From Pseudomonadota bacterium (GTDB lineage: Bacteria; Pseudomonadota; Gammaproteobacteria; Burkholderiales; SG8-39): 64,000 nucleotides of DNA. Of this stretch, positions 31,124-42,732 are shown piece after piece. Numbering within the stretch: position 1 is the first letter of the stretch; every line of letters starts with the position of its first letter. The notes under the pieces are model-generated. The model did not search any database. It was not told where the DNA came from and saw nothing but the letters and a program-made list of their open reading frames with translations. Location: the NCBI GenBank assembly GCA_038040245.1, contig JBBPIU010000002.1:2651-66650 (forward strand). Reading direction: 5' to 3'. The position numbers were made by a program, and so were the translations under genes.

Positions 31124-31224
31124 GACAGAAATGTGAAAAGCAGTGTAGCCTTCTTTTCCAAGAAGTATCAAGGAGTTCGAGTTCCCGCAGCACCCCCGGT
31201 GCTAGAATTCCGGGCCCGACTTCA

Positions 31225-32598
31225 ATGTCCCTCCACGTCGTCATCCTCGCCGCCGGCCAAGGCAAGCGTATGCATTCCGCGCTGCCCAAGGTGCTGCACC
31301 GGATTGCCGGGCGGCCGCTGCTTGCCCATGTGATCGACGCGGCGCGCTCGCTCAAGCCCGATCGCATCTACGTTGTCTATGGACATCGCGGCGCCGAAGT
31401 CCGGGCCGCGTTCGAGGGCGCGCCCGTGGATTGGGTGGAGCAGGCGCAGCACCTGGGCACCGGGCACGCGCTGATGCAGGCGCTGCCGAGAATTCCGCGT
31501 ACTGCCACCGTGCTGGTCCTGAACGGCGACGTACCCCTGGTCCGAAGAGAGACATTGCGCAAGCTGATGCGCTCGGCCGGCAAGGGTATCGCCATTGCCA
31601 CCAGCGACCTGTCGGATCCAGCCGGCTACGGCCGCGTGGTTCGCGACTCCCGCGGCCGCGTGACGCGCATCGTCGAGCACAAGGACGCGAAACCGGCGCA
31701 ACGCGCGATCCGCGAATGGTATGCAGGCTTTCTCGCGGGCAACGCGTCGCGCCTCGCGGGCTGGCTGGCCAAGGTCGCAAACCGCAATGCGCAGAAGGAG
31801 TACTACCTTACCGATGTGATCGGAATTGCCTCTGCCAGCGGGGCGCCGGTGAGCGCAGTGAAGGCCATCGTTCCCCACGAAGTGGCCGGCGTGAATTCGC
31901 GCCACGAACTGGCGATCCTGGAGCGCGCCTATCAGAACGCGCAGGCGAAGAGGCTGCTCGATTCGGGGGTGGCGCTCGCCGACCTCTGGCGGCTGGATGT
32001 GCGCGGTGAGCTGGCCTGCGGCCAGGACGTCGCCATAGACGTCAACTGCGTCTTCGAGGGCCGCGTGACGCTCGGCAACCGGGTGAAGATCGGACCGAAT
32101 TGCGTACTGCGGAACGTCACCGTGGCCGCGGACACGGAAGTGCATGCGTTTTCGCTGCTGGAGGACGCCGAGATCGGCGCCGGCTGCAGGATCGGCCCCT
32201 ACGCGCGGCTGCGCCCGGGCGCCAAGCTGGACCAGGGCGTGCATATCGGCAACTTCGTCGAAGTGAAGGCGAGCCGGATCGGCGCCGGATCCAAGGCAAA
32301 CCATCTCGCCTACATTGGCGATGCCGAGGTCGGCGCGCGCGTCAACATCGGCGCCGGTACCATCACCTGCAACTACGACGGCGCCAGCAAACACCGCACC
32401 GTGATCGAGGACGACTGCTTCATCGGCTCGGACGCGACGTTGGTCGCGCCGGTGCGGATTGCAAAGGGTTCCTACATTGGTGCGGGCTCGACCATCAGCA
32501 AGGATACGCCGCCGGGGCAGCTGACCTTGGCGCGCGCGAAGCAGGTGTCGCTGCCGCGCTGGACCCCGCCGCGGAAGAAAGCGGCCCGGGCGAAGTAG
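31225..32598 (+). CDS. glmU: Bifunctional UDP-GlcNAc pyrophosphorylase / GlcN-1-P acetyltransferase
   Basis: LAAGQGKRM motif and C-terminal hexapeptide (LbH) repeats. Confidence 0.95.
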   Translation: MSLHVVILAAGQGKRMHSALPKVLHRIAGRPLLAHVIDAARSLKPDRIYVVYGHRGAEVRAAFEGAPVDWVEQAQHLGTGHALMQALPRIPRTATVLVLNGDVPLVRRETLRKLMRSAGKGIAIATSDLSDPAGYGRVVRDSRGRVTRIVEHKDAKPAQRAIREWYAGFLAGNASRLAGWLAKVANRNAQKEYYLTDVIGIASASGAPVSAVKAIVPHEVAGVNSRHELAILERAYQNAQAKRLLDSGVALADLWRLDVRGELACGQDVAIDVNCVFEGRVTLGNRVKIGPNCVLRNVTVAADTEVHAFSLLEDAEIGAGCRIGPYARLRPGAKLDQGVHIGNFVEVKASRIGAGSKANHLAYIGDAEVGARVNIGAGTITCNYDGASKHRTVIEDDCFIGSDATLVAPVRIAKGSYIGAGSTISKDTPPGQLTLARAKQVSLPRWTPPRKKAARAK

Positions 32599-32601
32599 CC
32601 T

Positions 32602-34419
32602 ATGTGCGGAATCGTAGGCGCGGCAGCCACGCGCAACATCGTCCCGATCCTGATCGAAGGCCTGAAGCGCCTCGAATACCGCGGCTACGATTCCTGCGGC
32701 GTGGCGGTGCTCGGGAACGATCGCCTGGAGCGGCTTAGAAGCGTTGCTCGTGTTTCGGATCTTTCATCTCAAATAGAAAAAAAACATCTTGCGGCGGAGA
32801 CCGGCATCGCGCATACGCGCTGGGCGACGCATGGCGCGCCCGTGACTCACAACGCCCATCCGATTTTCTCGCGTGATGAGATCGCGCTGGTGCACAACGG
32901 CATCATCGAGAACTACGAAGAGCTGCGCATCGAGCTCAAAGCGAAGGGTTATGCCTTCGAGACCCAGACCGATACGGAGGTGATCGCGCACCTGGTGCAC
33001 AGCCTGTACAAGGGGGGGCTTCTCGACGCGGTGCGCCGCGCGGTCAAGCGGCTCACCGGCGCCTACGCGATCGCCGTGGTCTCGAAGCACGAACCGCACC
33101 GCGTGGTCGGGGCGCGCGTGGGCAGCCCGCTCGTCATTGGCGTGGGCGCGAACGAGAATTTCCTCGCCTCGGACGCGCTCGCGCTCGCCGGGACCACCGA
33201 CCGCATCGCTTATCTCGAAGAGGGTGACGTCGCAGAGATCGGTCTCGCGGGCTTTCACGTGCTCGATGCTGGCGGTCGCGAGGTGCGGCGGCCGGTCAAG
33301 ACCGTCCAGACGACCGGCACGGCTGCGGAACTCGGGCCGTACCGCCACTTCATGCAAAAGGAGATCTTCGAGCAACCGCGCGCTGTCGCCGACACGTTGG
33401 AGGGAATCGAAAGAATTTCCCCGGCCCTGTTTCAGGATCCCAAAGGCAAGGTTCTGGGCGACATTGACTCGGTGCTGATCCTTGCCTGCGGTACCAGCTA
33501 CTACTCCGGACTGGTGGCGAAGGTCTGGATCGAGTCGCTGGCGCGGCTTGCGGTCCAGGTCGAGGTCGCGAGCGAGTACCGCTACCGCGACAGCGTGCCG
33601 GATCCGGAGACGCTGGTGGTGGTGGTCTCGCAGTCGGGCGAGACCGCGGATACGCTCGCCGCGCTCAAGCACGCACGCTCGCTCGGGCAGAAGAAAACGC
33701 TTGCGATCTGCAACGTCGCCTCGAGCGCGATGATGCGCGAAACGCGGCTCAAGTTCCTCACCCACGCCGGGGTCGAGATCGGGGTCGCCTCCACCAAGGC
33801 CTTCACGACCCAGCTGGTCGCGCTTTTCCTTCTGGCGTTGACCCTGGCAAAGCTCGGAAAGAAACTTTCAAGAAAAGAAGAACAGAAGCACTTGCACAGC
33901 CTCAGGCACCTGCCAAAGGCAATAGCGGCCGCGCTCGCGCTCGAACCGCAACTGATCGCCTGGGCTGGCCGGTTCGCGAACAAGGAGCACGCGCTGTTCC
34001 TTGGCCGCGGGCTGCACTATCCGATTGCGCTCGAGGGCGCGTTGAAGTTGAAGGAGATCTCCTACATCCATGCAGAGGCCTATCCGGCGGGGGAGCTGAA
34101 GCACGGGCCGCTTGCGCTTGTCACTTCCGCAATGCCGGTGGTCACCGTGGCGCCGAACGACGCGCTGCTCGAGAAGCTGAAATCGAACATGCAGGAGGTG
34201 CGGGCGCGGGGCGGCGAGCTGTATGTGCTCGCCGACGCTGATACGCGCATCGCCGCTTCGGAAGGCGTGAACGTGGTCCGTCTGCCGGAACACTACGGAC
34301 TGCTCTCGCCGATCCTGCACGTGGTGCCGCTGCAGCTGCTGGCGTATCACACCGCGCTTGCGCGCGGCAGCGACGTCGACAAGCCGCGCAATCTCGCCAA
34401 GTCCGTCACCGTAGAGTGA
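32602..34419 (+). CDS. glmS: Glutamine--fructose-6-phosphate aminotransferase
   Basis: MCGIVG Ntn start, two SIS domains, C-terminal LAKSVTVE. Confidence 0.95.
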   Translation: MCGIVGAAATRNIVPILIEGLKRLEYRGYDSCGVAVLGNDRLERLRSVARVSDLSSQIEKKHLAAETGIAHTRWATHGAPVTHNAHPIFSRDEIALVHNGIIENYEELRIELKAKGYAFETQTDTEVIAHLVHSLYKGGLLDAVRRAVKRLTGAYAIAVVSKHEPHRVVGARVGSPLVIGVGANENFLASDALALAGTTDRIAYLEEGDVAEIGLAGFHVLDAGGREVRRPVKTVQTTGTAAELGPYRHFMQKEIFEQPRAVADTLEGIERISPALFQDPKGKVLGDIDSVLILACGTSYYSGLVAKVWIESLARLAVQVEVASEYRYRDSVPDPETLVVVVSQSGETADTLAALKHARSLGQKKTLAICNVASSAMMRETRLKFLTHAGVEIGVASTKAFTTQLVALFLLALTLAKLGKKLSRKEEQKHLHSLRHLPKAIAAALALEPQLIAWAGRFANKEHALFLGRGLHYPIALEGALKLKEISYIHAEAYPAGELKHGPLALVTSAMPVVTVAPNDALLEKLKSNMQEVRARGGELYVLADADTRIAASEGVNVVRLPEHYGLLSPILHVVPLQLLAYHTALARGSDVDKPRNLAKSVTVE

Positions 34420-35990
34420 CCGCCGGCCTCATCGCTGACGTCGTCATTGTCGGCGCCGGCCATAACGGTCTGGTCTGCGCCTGCTACCTGGCCAAGGCGG
34501 GACTGAAGGTGAAGGTGCTGGAGCGCCGCAGCGTAGTCGGCGGCGCCGCGGTCACCGAGGAATTCCATCCTGGTTTCCGCAATTCGGCCGCCGCCTACAC
34601 GGTGAGCCTGCTGCAGCCGAAGGTGATCCGGGAGTTGCGCCTCGCGGAACACGGACTGCGCATTGTCGAGCGGCCGTTCTCGAACTTCCTCCCCATGGAG
34701 GGTGGGTATCTCAAGGTGGGCGGCGGCCTGGAAGCGACCCAGCGCGAAGTGGCGAAATACTCGGCGCGCGACGCCGGGCAGCTGGCCGACTACTACCAGA
34801 CCGTCGAAACGGTCGCCGACGTGTTGCGCGCGACCGTGCTCGAGACGCCGCCGAATGTCGGAGGCGGGATGGTGGATTTTTTTCGAGCATTGAAATTCGG
34901 GGGAAAACTCAGAAAACTCGATATCGAATCGCAGCGCGACCTGCTGGAGCTTTTTACCCGCAGCGCAGCCGAGCTGCTGGGGCGCTGGTTCGAGTCCGAT
35001 CCGATCAAGGCGGTGTTCGGTTTCGATGCCGTGGTCGGCAACTACGCCAGCCCGTTCCATCCCGGCACCGCCTACGTTTTGCTGCACCACTGTTTCGGCG
35101 AGGTCAACGGCAAGCGCGGCATATGGGGCCACGCGATCGGCGGCATGGGCGCGATCAGCGAGGCGCTGGCTGCCGAAGCCCGGCGGCTGGGCGTTGAGAT
35201 CACCTGTGAGGCGCCGGTTGCCCGCGTGCGAAAGAACACAGTGGTACTCGAGGACGGCAAGGAAGTCGCGGCCAGGGCGATCGTGGCCAACGTCAACCCG
35301 AAGCTGCTCTATCTGAAGCTGATGGAGAAAAGCGATCTTCCCGCTGAATTCATTGCCCGTATGGAGCGCTACAAGTGCGGCTCGGCCACTTTTCGCATGA
35401 ACGTCGCGCTGTCGGCGTTGCCGCGCTTCGCCTGCCTCCCGGAGCCCGGGCCGCATCACGCGAGCGGCATCATCCTTGCCCCGTCGCTCGGCTACATGGA
35501 CCGCGCTTACCTGGATGCGCGCGCCGGCGGAATCGCCGCGAAGCCGATCGTCGAAATGGTCATTCCGAGCACGCTGGACGACTCGCTCGCGCCCAAAGGT
35601 GCGCATGTGGCGAGCCTGTTCTGCCAGCACTTCGCGCCGGACGCGGACTGGGCTGCGCGAAAGAGCGAGGCCATCGAGCGCATCTTCGACGTGGTCGAGT
35701 CGCATGCGCCGGGTTTCCGGCTGAGCGTGATCGCGTACACGGCGCTTTCGCCGGCCGATCTGGAGCGCGACTTCGGCCTCGTCGGCGGCGACATCTTCCA
35801 CGGCGCCCTGTCGCTCGATCAGCTCTGGTCGGCGCGGCCGCTGCTTGGCTATGCCGACTACAGGGGGCCGGTGAAGGGGCTTTACCTCTGCGGCGCGGGC
35901 GCCCATCCCGGCGGCGGCGTCACGGGCGCGCCCGGCCACAACTGCGCGCGCGAGGTGCTGCGCGATTTCGGCCGGCGCATGCCGGCCTAA
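34416..35990 (+). CDS. FAD/NAD(P)-dependent oxidoreductase, phytoene-desaturase (CrtI)-like family
   Basis: GTGA overlap with glm[29 protein letters not shown] dinucleotide fold. Confidence 0.8.
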   Translation: MTAGLIADVVIVGAGHNGLVCACYLAKAGLKVKVLERRSVVGGAAVTEEFHPGFRNSAAAYTVSLLQPKVIRELRLAEHGLRIVERPFSNFLPMEGGYLKVGGGLEATQREVAKYSARDAGQLADYYQTVETVADVLRATVLETPPNVGGGMVDFFRALKFGGKLRKLDIESQRDLLELFTRSAAELLGRWFESDPIKAVFGFDAVVGNYASPFHPGTAYVLLHHCFGEVNGKRGIWGHAIGGMGAISEALAAEARRLGVEITCEAPVARVRKNTVVLEDGKEVAARAIVANVNPKLLYLKLMEKSDLPAEFIARMERYKCGSATFRMNVALSALPRFACLPEPGPHHASGIILAPSLGYMDRAYLDARAGGIAAKPIVEMVIPSTLDDSLAPKGAHVASLFCQHFAPDADWAARKSEAIERIFDVVESHAPGFRLSVIAYTALSPADLERDFGLVGGDIFHGALSLDQLWSARPLLGYADYRGPVKGLYLCGAGAHPGGGVTGAPGHNCAREVLRDFGRRMPA

Positions 35991-36014
35991 GAAGGCGGTC
36001 AAAAGCGGGCCGGC

Positions 36015-36045
36015 TTGACCTTCCCATGATAGGAGGGTCCAATCT
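36015..36045 (+). promoter_or_regulatory. CueR-type (MerR-family) promoter/operator of copA
   Basis: TTGACC, a 19-nt spacer containing the imperfect dyad GACCTTCC-N7-GGAGGGTC, then CAATCT. TTGACCTTCCC is as I recall E. coli PcopA. The ATG lies 9 nt after the hexamer. Confidence 0.65.
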
Positions 36046-36054
36046 GCGAGCACC

Positions 36055-38379
36055 ATGAAACAGATGAGCATCGATCCGGTTTGCGGGATGCAGGTCGACC
36101 CGACGTCAGCCTATTCGCTCGAACACAAGGGCGTGCGCTACGCCTTCTGCTGCGACGGCTGCCTGAACGCTTTCAAGGCCGACCCGAAGCGCTACGTCGC
36201 CAAACCGGCCGCCTGTTGTGGCGGACACGGCCACGCGCATGCGCCATCGGTTGCTCCGCCTGGCGTCCCGGGCGCGCGTTACACCTGCCCGATGCATCCG
36301 GAGGTGCTGCGCGATGGGCCCGGCGACTGCCCGGTCTGCGGCATGGCGCTGGTGCCAGTCGCCGGTACCGGGGCGTCCGACGACACCCAACTACGCGACC
36401 TGGCGCGGCGATTGTGGATCGGAGTCGCGTTGTCCGCGCCGCTGTTTCTGCTCGCGATGGCGCCGATGGTCGGTATCCACGAACTCTTCGGCCTGCAACC
36501 ACGGCCACGCGGCTGGATCGAGTTCGTGCTGGGCACGCCGGTCGTGCTTTGGGTCGGCTGGCCGATCTTGCGCAAATTCTGGCTGTCGCTCACCCATCGC
36601 GCGCTCAACATGTACACGCTGATCGGGCTGGGGGTGGGGCTCGCCTATCTGTTCAGTCTCGCCGCGGTGTTTTTTCCGAACCTGTTCCCGAAGGAGTTTC
36701 GCGAGCACGACGGAGCGGTGGGCACGTATTTCGAGGCAGCGGCGGTGATCGTGACCCTGGTGATACTTGGCGACTTTCTGCAGTTGCGAGCGATGGGCCA
36801 GACCAGCCAGGCAATCCAGCAATTGCTTAAGCTCGCGCCGAACCTCGCCTGGCGCCTGCATGATGACGGCGCCGAGGAACAGGTGCCGCTGGAGAGCGTA
36901 GCTGTTGGCAACCGGCTGCGTGTGAAGCCGGGCGAGAAGGTGCCGGTGGATGGCACGGTACTCGAGGGCACGAGCAGGGTGGACGAATCCATGATGACCG
37001 GCGAGCCCGTGCCGGTCGCCAAGGCCGCGGGCGGCAAAGTCGTGGGCGCAACCGTGAACGGCAACGGCTCGTTGGTTATCCGCGCCGAGCGCGTGGGCGC
37101 GGACACGCTGCTGGCACGTATCGTTCACATGGTGGGAGAGGCGCAGCGCACGCGCGCGCCGATCCAGAAGCTCGCCGATGTCATTGCGGCGTACTTTGTC
37201 CAGATCGTCGTGGTCATCGCCATCGTGACGGCGCTCGTGTGGTGGTTTTTCGGTCCGGAGCCGCGGTTCGCGTACGCGTTCCTGAACGCCGTCGCTGTGC
37301 TGATCATTGCCTGCCCCTGTGCCGTCGGACTCGCTACGCCGATCTCGATGACCGTCGCGATGGGGCAGGGCGCGCGCGCGGGGATCCTGTTCCGCAACGC
37401 CGAGGCGATCGAGCGCATGCGTGATATCGACACGGTCGTAGTGGACAAGACCGGCACGCTGACCCTCGGGCATCCCGCGCTGACCGATTTTGTCGTCGAG
37501 GGAATTCCAGAAGCCGAAGCGCTGGCGCTCGTCGCAGGCGTGGAACAGCTCTCGGAGCATCCGATAGCGCGTGCGATCGTCGAAGGCGCAAAGGCGCGCG
37601 ATCTTACGCCACGGACTGCCGGGGCATTCGAAGCAGTAAACGGCCTCGGCGTGCAAGCCGACATGGATGGCAAGCGCGTGCTGGTAGGCAGCCGTAACTT
37701 TCTCGCGCAGCATGATGTCGATACGCAGCGTTGGGAAGCGCGCGCCGAAGCTTGGCGTTCGCAAGCCAAGACGGTGGTGTTCTTCGCGGTGGACGGTGTG
37801 GCCGTTGGAATCGCCGCGGTGGCCGATCCGATCAAGGAAAGCACTCCGGAGGCAATCGCAGCACTCAAACGAACGGGCGTGCGCATCGTGATGCTCACCG
37901 GCGACTCCCACAGCACTGCCAAAGCCGTTGCCCGCCAACTCGGCCTTGACGAGGCGCTCTCCGAAGTGTTGCCCGAGGACAAGGCCGGTCACGTAAAGCG
38001 CCTCCAAGCCGAAGGGCGCAAGGTGGCGATGGCGGGTGACGGCATCAACGATGCGCCGGCTCTGGCGCAGGCCGATGTCGGCATCGCAATGGGCACAGGC
38101 ACCGACGTGGCGATGGAAAGCGCGGGAGTGACGCTGGTCAAGGGCGACTTGCGCGGCATCGCGCGCGCCGCCGCGCTGTCGCGCGCCACGATGCGCAACA
38201 TCCGCCAGAACCTCGCCTTTGCATTCGGCTACAACGCGCTCGGCATTCCGCTGGCCGCCGGCGTGCTCTACCCCGCTTTCGGCCTGCTGCTCTCGCCGAT
38301 CTTCGCCGGCGCCGCCATGGCGCTGAGCTCCGTGTCCGTGATCACGAACGCGTTGCGGCTCAATCGCGTAAAGTTGTGA
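36055..38379 (+). CDS. copA: Copper-translocating P1B-type ATPase with an N-terminal TRASH/YHS-like domain and a CPxCG metal-binding domain
   Basis: DPVCGMQVD...FCCDGC (YHS/TRASH-like), YTCPMHPEV...CPVCGM, TM CPC motif ([11 protein letters not shown]), DKTGTLT and GDGINDAP. Confidence 0.9.
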   Translation: MKQMSIDPVCGMQVDPTSAYSLEHKGVRYAFCCDGCLNAFKADPKRYVAKPAACCGGHGHAHAPSVAPPGVPGARYTCPMHPEVLRDGPGDCPVCGMALVPVAGTGASDDTQLRDLARRLWIGVALSAPLFLLAMAPMVGIHELFGLQPRPRGWIEFVLGTPVVLWVGWPILRKFWLSLTHRALNMYTLIGLGVGLAYLFSLAAVFFPNLFPKEFREHDGAVGTYFEAAAVIVTLVILGDFLQLRAMGQTSQAIQQLLKLAPNLAWRLHDDGAEEQVPLESVAVGNRLRVKPGEKVPVDGTVLEGTSRVDESMMTGEPVPVAKAAGGKVVGATVNGNGSLVIRAERVGADTLLARIVHMVGEAQRTRAPIQKLADVIAAYFVQIVVVIAIVTALVWWFFGPEPRFAYAFLNAVAVLIIACPCAVGLATPISMTVAMGQGARAGILFRNAEAIERMRDIDTVVVDKTGTLTLGHPALTDFVVEGIPEAEALALVAGVEQLSEHPIARAIVEGAKARDLTPRTAGAFEAVNGLGVQADMDGKRVLVGSRNFLAQHDVDTQRWEARAEAWRSQAKTVVFFAVDGVAVGIAAVADPIKESTPEAIAALKRTGVRIVMLTGDSHSTAKAVARQLGLDEALSEVLPEDKAGHVKRLQAEGRKVAMAGDGINDAPALAQADVGIAMGTGTDVAMESAGVTLVKGDLRGIARAAALSRATMRNIRQNLAFAFGYNALGIPLAAGVLYPAFGLLLSPIFAGAAMALSSVSVITNALRLNRVKL

Positions 38380-38873
38380 CCATGGGTAAGCGTGAACTAT
38401 CGCTTGAGCATGCAGATGCCCTGGGCCAGGGGCTGCTCGACATCGGGCGGGCGTCGAAGGCGAGCGGCGTCTCGGTCAAGATGATCCGGCACTACGAGGC
38501 GATCGGATTGCTGACGAAAGTCGGTCGCACCCATGCCAATTACCGCGTCTACACCGACAAAGATGTGCATACGCTGCGCTTCATCAAGCGGGCTCGCACA
38601 CTCGGTTTCTCGATGGATGACATCCGCCAGCTGCTGGCGCTGTGGCAGAACCGGTCGCGCCCGAGCGCATCGGTGAAGAAGATCGCGGGCGGCCACATGC
38701 AGGTCCTGAAGCGCCGGATCCTTGAAATGCAGTCGATGGTGGCGACCCTCGAGCACCTGACCCACAACTGCCACGGCGACAGCCGGCCGGACTGCCCGAT
38801 CCTGGAAGACCTGGCGGGCGATGGTCACGGGAACTCCGGTGGCACGGCGCGGTCTGGTCATTTACCCCTGTGA
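38376..38873 (+). CDS. cueR: Cu(I)-responsive MerR-family regulator (CueR/HmrR type)
   Basis: [28 protein letters not shown]-terminal C-x7-C loop (CHGDSRPDC). GTGA overlap with copA. About 20-aa N-terminal extension, so the start is uncertain. Confidence 0.85.
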   Translation: MTMGKRELSLEHADALGQGLLDIGRASKASGVSVKMIRHYEAIGLLTKVGRTHANYRVYTDKDVHTLRFIKRARTLGFSMDDIRQLLALWQNRSRPSASVKKIAGGHMQVLKRRILEMQSMVATLEHLTHNCHGDSRPDCPILEDLAGDGHGNSGGTARSGHLPL

Positions 38874-38886
38874 TACGATTCCTCGA

Positions 38887-39240
38887 ATGAGCCGCTTCGC
38901 CAAGGCCGTATTGATCCTGATGCTGGCAGCGATCCCGCTGCGCGGCATGGCGGGAGTCATTTCGGCGTTCTGCGAACCGCAGCACCACGGCGCCGGGCAG
39001 ATGACGCACGCCGAATGTGACGGCTGCGAGCACGATGCAACGCGTCACGAAGAGCCAGGCGACGACTCCAATGCCAAGTGCGGCCATTGCTCGGCATGTT
39101 CTGTCAGCGCGCCTCTGGTGTCCGAATCCGCACGCGGAATTTCGTATGCAGGCTCGGATACGTTGCCGATCCTGTTTCTTGACCGTGGTCTCCCTGCCCG
39201 CTTTCCCGAGCGGCTCGAACGGCCTCCTCTCGCTCTTTGA
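38887..39240 (+). CDS. Small secreted Cys/His-rich protein (HEEP...CxHC motif), family unknown
   Basis: Signal-like N-terminus. CEPQHH, CDGCEH, RHEEPGDDSNAKCGHCSAC. Sits directly upstream of a TolC-like gene. Paralogue at 45228-45605. Confidence 0.55.
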   Translation: MSRFAKAVLILMLAAIPLRGMAGVISAFCEPQHHGAGQMTHAECDGCEHDATRHEEPGDDSNAKCGHCSACSVSAPLVSESARGISYAGSDTLPILFLDRGLPARFPERLERPPLAL

Positions 39241-39326
39241 TTTCCTGACAGCTTTGCGGCGCCGCTGAAGAAGGCGCCGCGTGCGCATGCGCGCAATCGC
39301 GTGCGCCTGTTGGAGTCGAGAGAGCC

Positions 39327-40736
39327 ATGCAAAGAACCAGTCTTGCTGTCCTGTTCGCGCTTGCCGCCGGAGGCTGCGTGAGCTTTGCCCCCGACGGCGG
39401 CTTCGGCACGGTCGGCGATGCGGTGAAATCGCGCACCGGGCGCGAAGCGGTCTGGGTGCGCTCGGAGAAGGACGCCGACTCCGTGCGCGCCCGGGCGAAG
39501 GAACTGCTTGCGCAGCCGCTGACCGCCGAGAGCGCGGTGCAGATCGCCTTGCTCAACAATCCGGGCCTGCAGGCGAGCTACGCCGAAATGGGTATCGCCG
39601 AGGCCGACCTGGTCCAGGCCAGTCGCTGGAGCGGGCCGACGTTTTCGTTCGCTCGCTTGCGCCGCGGGAACGAGACTGAGTTCGAGCGCAGCGTCTTCTT
39701 CAATATTCTCGGCCTGATCAACATACCGCTTTCCACGAAAGTCGAGCGCAAGCGCTTCGAATCCGCCCAGGCGCGCGCCGCAGGCGACGCGCTCAAGCTT
39801 GCGCTCGAGACCCGCAAGGCATTCTTTTCCGCGGTCGCAGCCGAAGAGGGGGTGCGCTACATGGAACAGGTGAAGCTCGCCGCCGAGGCGAGCGCGGACC
39901 TGGCGCGCCGCATGGCAGCGGCCGGCAACTGGCCGAAGCTCAATCAGGCCCGCGAGCAGGTCTTCTATGCGGAAGCCACCGCGCAGCTCGCCCGGGTGAC
40001 GCAGGCCCGAGTATCAGCGCGCGAACGGCTTACGCGCCTGATGGGACTGTGGGGCGACGACCTGCGCTTCGCCTTGCCGGAGCGCCTGCCCGACTTGCCG
40101 AAGGTCGCGCGCGAGGCGGGAGACCTGGAAACGCAGGCGCTGGCGCAGCGGCTGGATGTGCAGGCCGCGCGCCGGGAAACCGAAGCGCTCGGCGAATCGA
40201 TGGGACTCACCAAGGTCTCCCGCTTCGTCGATTTGCTCCAGTTCGGTCTGCACCACAACACCGAATCACCGAGGCCGCCGCAGCGGGGCTGGGAGATCGA
40301 ACTGCGCATCCCGATCTTTGATTTCGGCGGAGCGCGCGTGGCGCGGGCGGAGACCATGTACATGCAGTCGGTCAATCGCGTCGCCGAAACTGCCATCCGG
40401 GCACGATCCGAGGTGCGGGAAACCTACTCCGCTTACCGCACCACCTTCGATCTTGCAAAGCACTACCGCGACGAAATCGTGCCGCTCAGGAAGCGAATCT
40501 CCGAGGAAATGCTGTTGCGCTACAACGGCATGCTCGCGAGCGTGTTCGAGCTGCTTGCCGACTCCCGCGATTCGGTGATGAGCGTGAACGCCTATATCGA
40601 GGCGCTGCGCGACTTCTGGCTCGCCGAATCCGATTTGCAGGCGGCGCTGACGTCAGGATCACCTTCGGTGATGGCGGGCTCGTCGGGCAGTTCGAAGACC
40701 ATGGGCCTGCCCGCCGCTGGCGGCGCAGCGCATTGA
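39327..40736 (+). CDS. TolC-family outer-membrane efflux lipoprotein
   Basis: Lipobox LAAGGC and two OEP repeats. 469 aa. Confidence 0.85.
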   Translation: MQRTSLAVLFALAAGGCVSFAPDGGFGTVGDAVKSRTGREAVWVRSEKDADSVRARAKELLAQPLTAESAVQIALLNNPGLQASYAEMGIAEADLVQASRWSGPTFSFARLRRGNETEFERSVFFNILGLINIPLSTKVERKRFESAQARAAGDALKLALETRKAFFSAVAAEEGVRYMEQVKLAAEASADLARRMAAAGNWPKLNQAREQVFYAEATAQLARVTQARVSARERLTRLMGLWGDDLRFALPERLPDLPKVAREAGDLETQALAQRLDVQAARRETEALGESMGLTKVSRFVDLLQFGLHHNTESPRPPQRGWEIELRIPIFDFGGARVARAETMYMQSVNRVAETAIRARSEVRETYSAYRTTFDLAKHYRDEIVPLRKRISEEMLLRYNGMLASVFELLADSRDSVMSVNAYIEALRDFWLAESDLQAALTSGSPSVMAGSSGSSKTMGLPAAGGAAH

Positions 40737-40750
40737 ACGAGGAATCAGAC

Positions 40751-42127
40751 ATGACGAATCGCAGAAACTTTCTGAAGACCGCGGGCGCGGCTATGCTCGG
40801 CGCGGCGGCGGTGAGCCGGGTTGCGCAGGGCGCGGTGCCTGAAGCGCCGAGCATGGACAAGCCAGCAACGCAGCCACCGCTCGCCCCGGCGAGCGGTCGC
40901 CCTTACAACCCGGTCGTGACCCTGAATGGCTGGACGCTGCCGTGGCGGATGAAGAACGGAGTCAAGGAATTCCATCTCGTCGCCGAGCCCGTGGTGCGCG
41001 AGCTTGCGCCGGGCATGAAAGCCAACCTGTGGGGCTACAACGGCCAGAGCCCGGGGCCGACCATCGAGGTGGTCGAGGGCGACAAGGTGCGCCTGTTCGT
41101 GACCAACAAGCTGCCCGAGCACACCACCATCCATTGGCACGGGCAAAGGCTGCCGAACGGCATGGACGGCGTAGGCGGGCTGAATCAACCGCAGATTCCC
41201 GTCGGCAAGACCTATGTATACGAGTTCACCGCCAAGCGGCCGGGCACATTCATGTATCACCCCCACGCGGACGAGATGGTGCAGATGGCAATGGGGATGA
41301 TGGGCTTCTGGATAACCCATCCGAAAGATCCGAAGTTCATGCGGGTCGATCGCGATTTCGTGTTCCTGCTCAGCAACTACGACATCGATCCCGGCAGCCA
41401 CACTCCGAAGGTGAGCACCATGCTGGATTTCAATCTGTTCACGTTCAACAGCCGCGTGTTCCCGGGGATCGACCACATGGTCATGCGCAAGGACGATCGT
41501 GTCCGCATTCGCATCGGCAATCTCACCATGACCAGTCACCCGATCCATCTGCACGGCCATGAATTCGTCGTCACCGGCACCGATGGCGGCTGGACGCCGC
41601 CGGGATCCAGATGGCCCGAAGTGACCACCAATGTCGCCGTAGGCCAGATGCGGGCGATCGAGTTCGACGCCAACGAGCCCGGCGACTGGGCATTTCACTG
41701 TCACAAGTCGCACCACACCATGAACGCGATGGGCCACAACAATCCGACCATGATCGGTGTCGATCATCGCGGTATCGCGGAAAAGATCACCAAGCTGGTG
41801 CCGGATTACATGGTGATGGGCGAGCGCGGTATGGCCGACATGGGGGAAATGGAAATGCCACTGCCCGACAACACGTTGCCGATGATGACCGGGCAAGGCC
41901 AGTTTGGCGCGATCGAGATGGGCGGCATGTTCACGGTGGTGAAGATTCGCGAGGGGCTGGCGAAAAACGACTACAAAGATCCGGGTTGGTACAAACATCC
42001 CCCGGGCACAGTCGCTTACCTCTTGAATGGCACGCAAACGCCGCACGCCGAACGCGCGCCCGACGCTGCGCCCGTCAAGGGCCGTGCGCTGCAGGTGCGC
42101 AAGCCTACGGGTCATTCCGGACACTGA
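40751..42127 (+). CDS. Periplasmic multicopper oxidase (Tat-exported)
   Basis: Twin-arginine signal NRRNFLKTAGAAMLGAAA. Cu ligand motifs HWHG, HPHAD, HPIHLHGH, HCHKSHH. GAGGAA RBS before ATG 40751. Confidence 0.9.
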   Translation: MTNRRNFLKTAGAAMLGAAAVSRVAQGAVPEAPSMDKPATQPPLAPASGRPYNPVVTLNGWTLPWRMKNGVKEFHLVAEPVVRELAPGMKANLWGYNGQSPGPTIEVVEGDKVRLFVTNKLPEHTTIHWHGQRLPNGMDGVGGLNQPQIPVGKTYVYEFTAKRPGTFMYHPHADEMVQMAMGMMGFWITHPKDPKFMRVDRDFVFLLSNYDIDPGSHTPKVSTMLDFNLFTFNSRVFPGIDHMVMRKDDRVRIRIGNLTMTSHPIHLHGHEFVVTGTDGGWTPPGSRWPEVTTNVAVGQMRAIEFDANEPGDWAFHCHKSHHTMNAMGHNNPTMIGVDHRGIAEKITKLVPDYMVMGERGMADMGEMEMPLPDNTLPMMTGQGQFGAIEMGGMFTVVKIREGLAKNDYKDPGWYKHPPGTVAYLLNGTQTPHAERAPDAAPVKGRALQVRKPTGHSGH

Positions 42128-42141
42128 CGAGCGAGACCTCG

Positions 42142-42693
42142 ATGAAGATCGCAGCAGCCGCAGGTCTTTTCCTCGCTGTCGCCGTAGCAGGGGCCTTGGC
42201 CTTCATTTACTCGGGGACCTACGACATTTCCGCCACGACCCCACACTTCGGCGTCACTCACCGGGTATTGAGAACGGTGATGGAGCAGTCGGTGAAGCGG
42301 CAGGCCCGGGAGGTCAAGGTGCCGGAACTTGACGATCCGGAAAAAGTGCACTTGGGCTTTAGAAGCTTCAATGCGATGTGCGTCACCTGCGATGTGGCGC
42401 CGGGCGCGCCGGCATCGGATATCAACAAAGGCCTCTACCCCAAGGCCCCCGATCTGGCGCAAGCGGCGAAGGCCTGGACGCCGGCCGAGCTCTACGTGAT
42501 CGTCAAACGCGGGATCAAGATGAGCGGTATGCCCGCCTGGGAGCCTACGCATAGCGGAGAACAACTATGGGAGCTCGTTGCTTTCCTGAAAGTGCTCCCC
42601 ACCATGCCAGCGGCTGAATATCAGGGCGCGGTGAAGTATATGGCGGCGAGCCCTGGCGGAAAAAGCCACGACATGAAAGCCGACGGTCACTAG
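42142..42693 (+). CDS. Membrane-anchored cytochrome c-like protein with a degenerate heme motif (CVTCD instead of CxxCH)
   Basis: N-terminal TM helix and a cytochrome-c-like core (CVTCDVAPG...GIKMSGMPAW...LVAFLKVLP). Codon 84 is GAT (42391-42393), where His would be expected. Confidence 0.65.
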   Translation: MKIAAAAGLFLAVAVAGALAFIYSGTYDISATTPHFGVTHRVLRTVMEQSVKRQAREVKVPELDDPEKVHLGFRSFNAMCVTCDVAPGAPASDINKGLYPKAPDLAQAAKAWTPAELYVIVKRGIKMSGMPAWEPTHSGEQLWELVAFLKVLPTMPAAEYQGAVKYMAASPGGKSHDMKADGH

Positions 42694-42732
42694 CCGGGTG
42701 TTGCATTTTTACCCTAGCTGAACGAGGAAACC

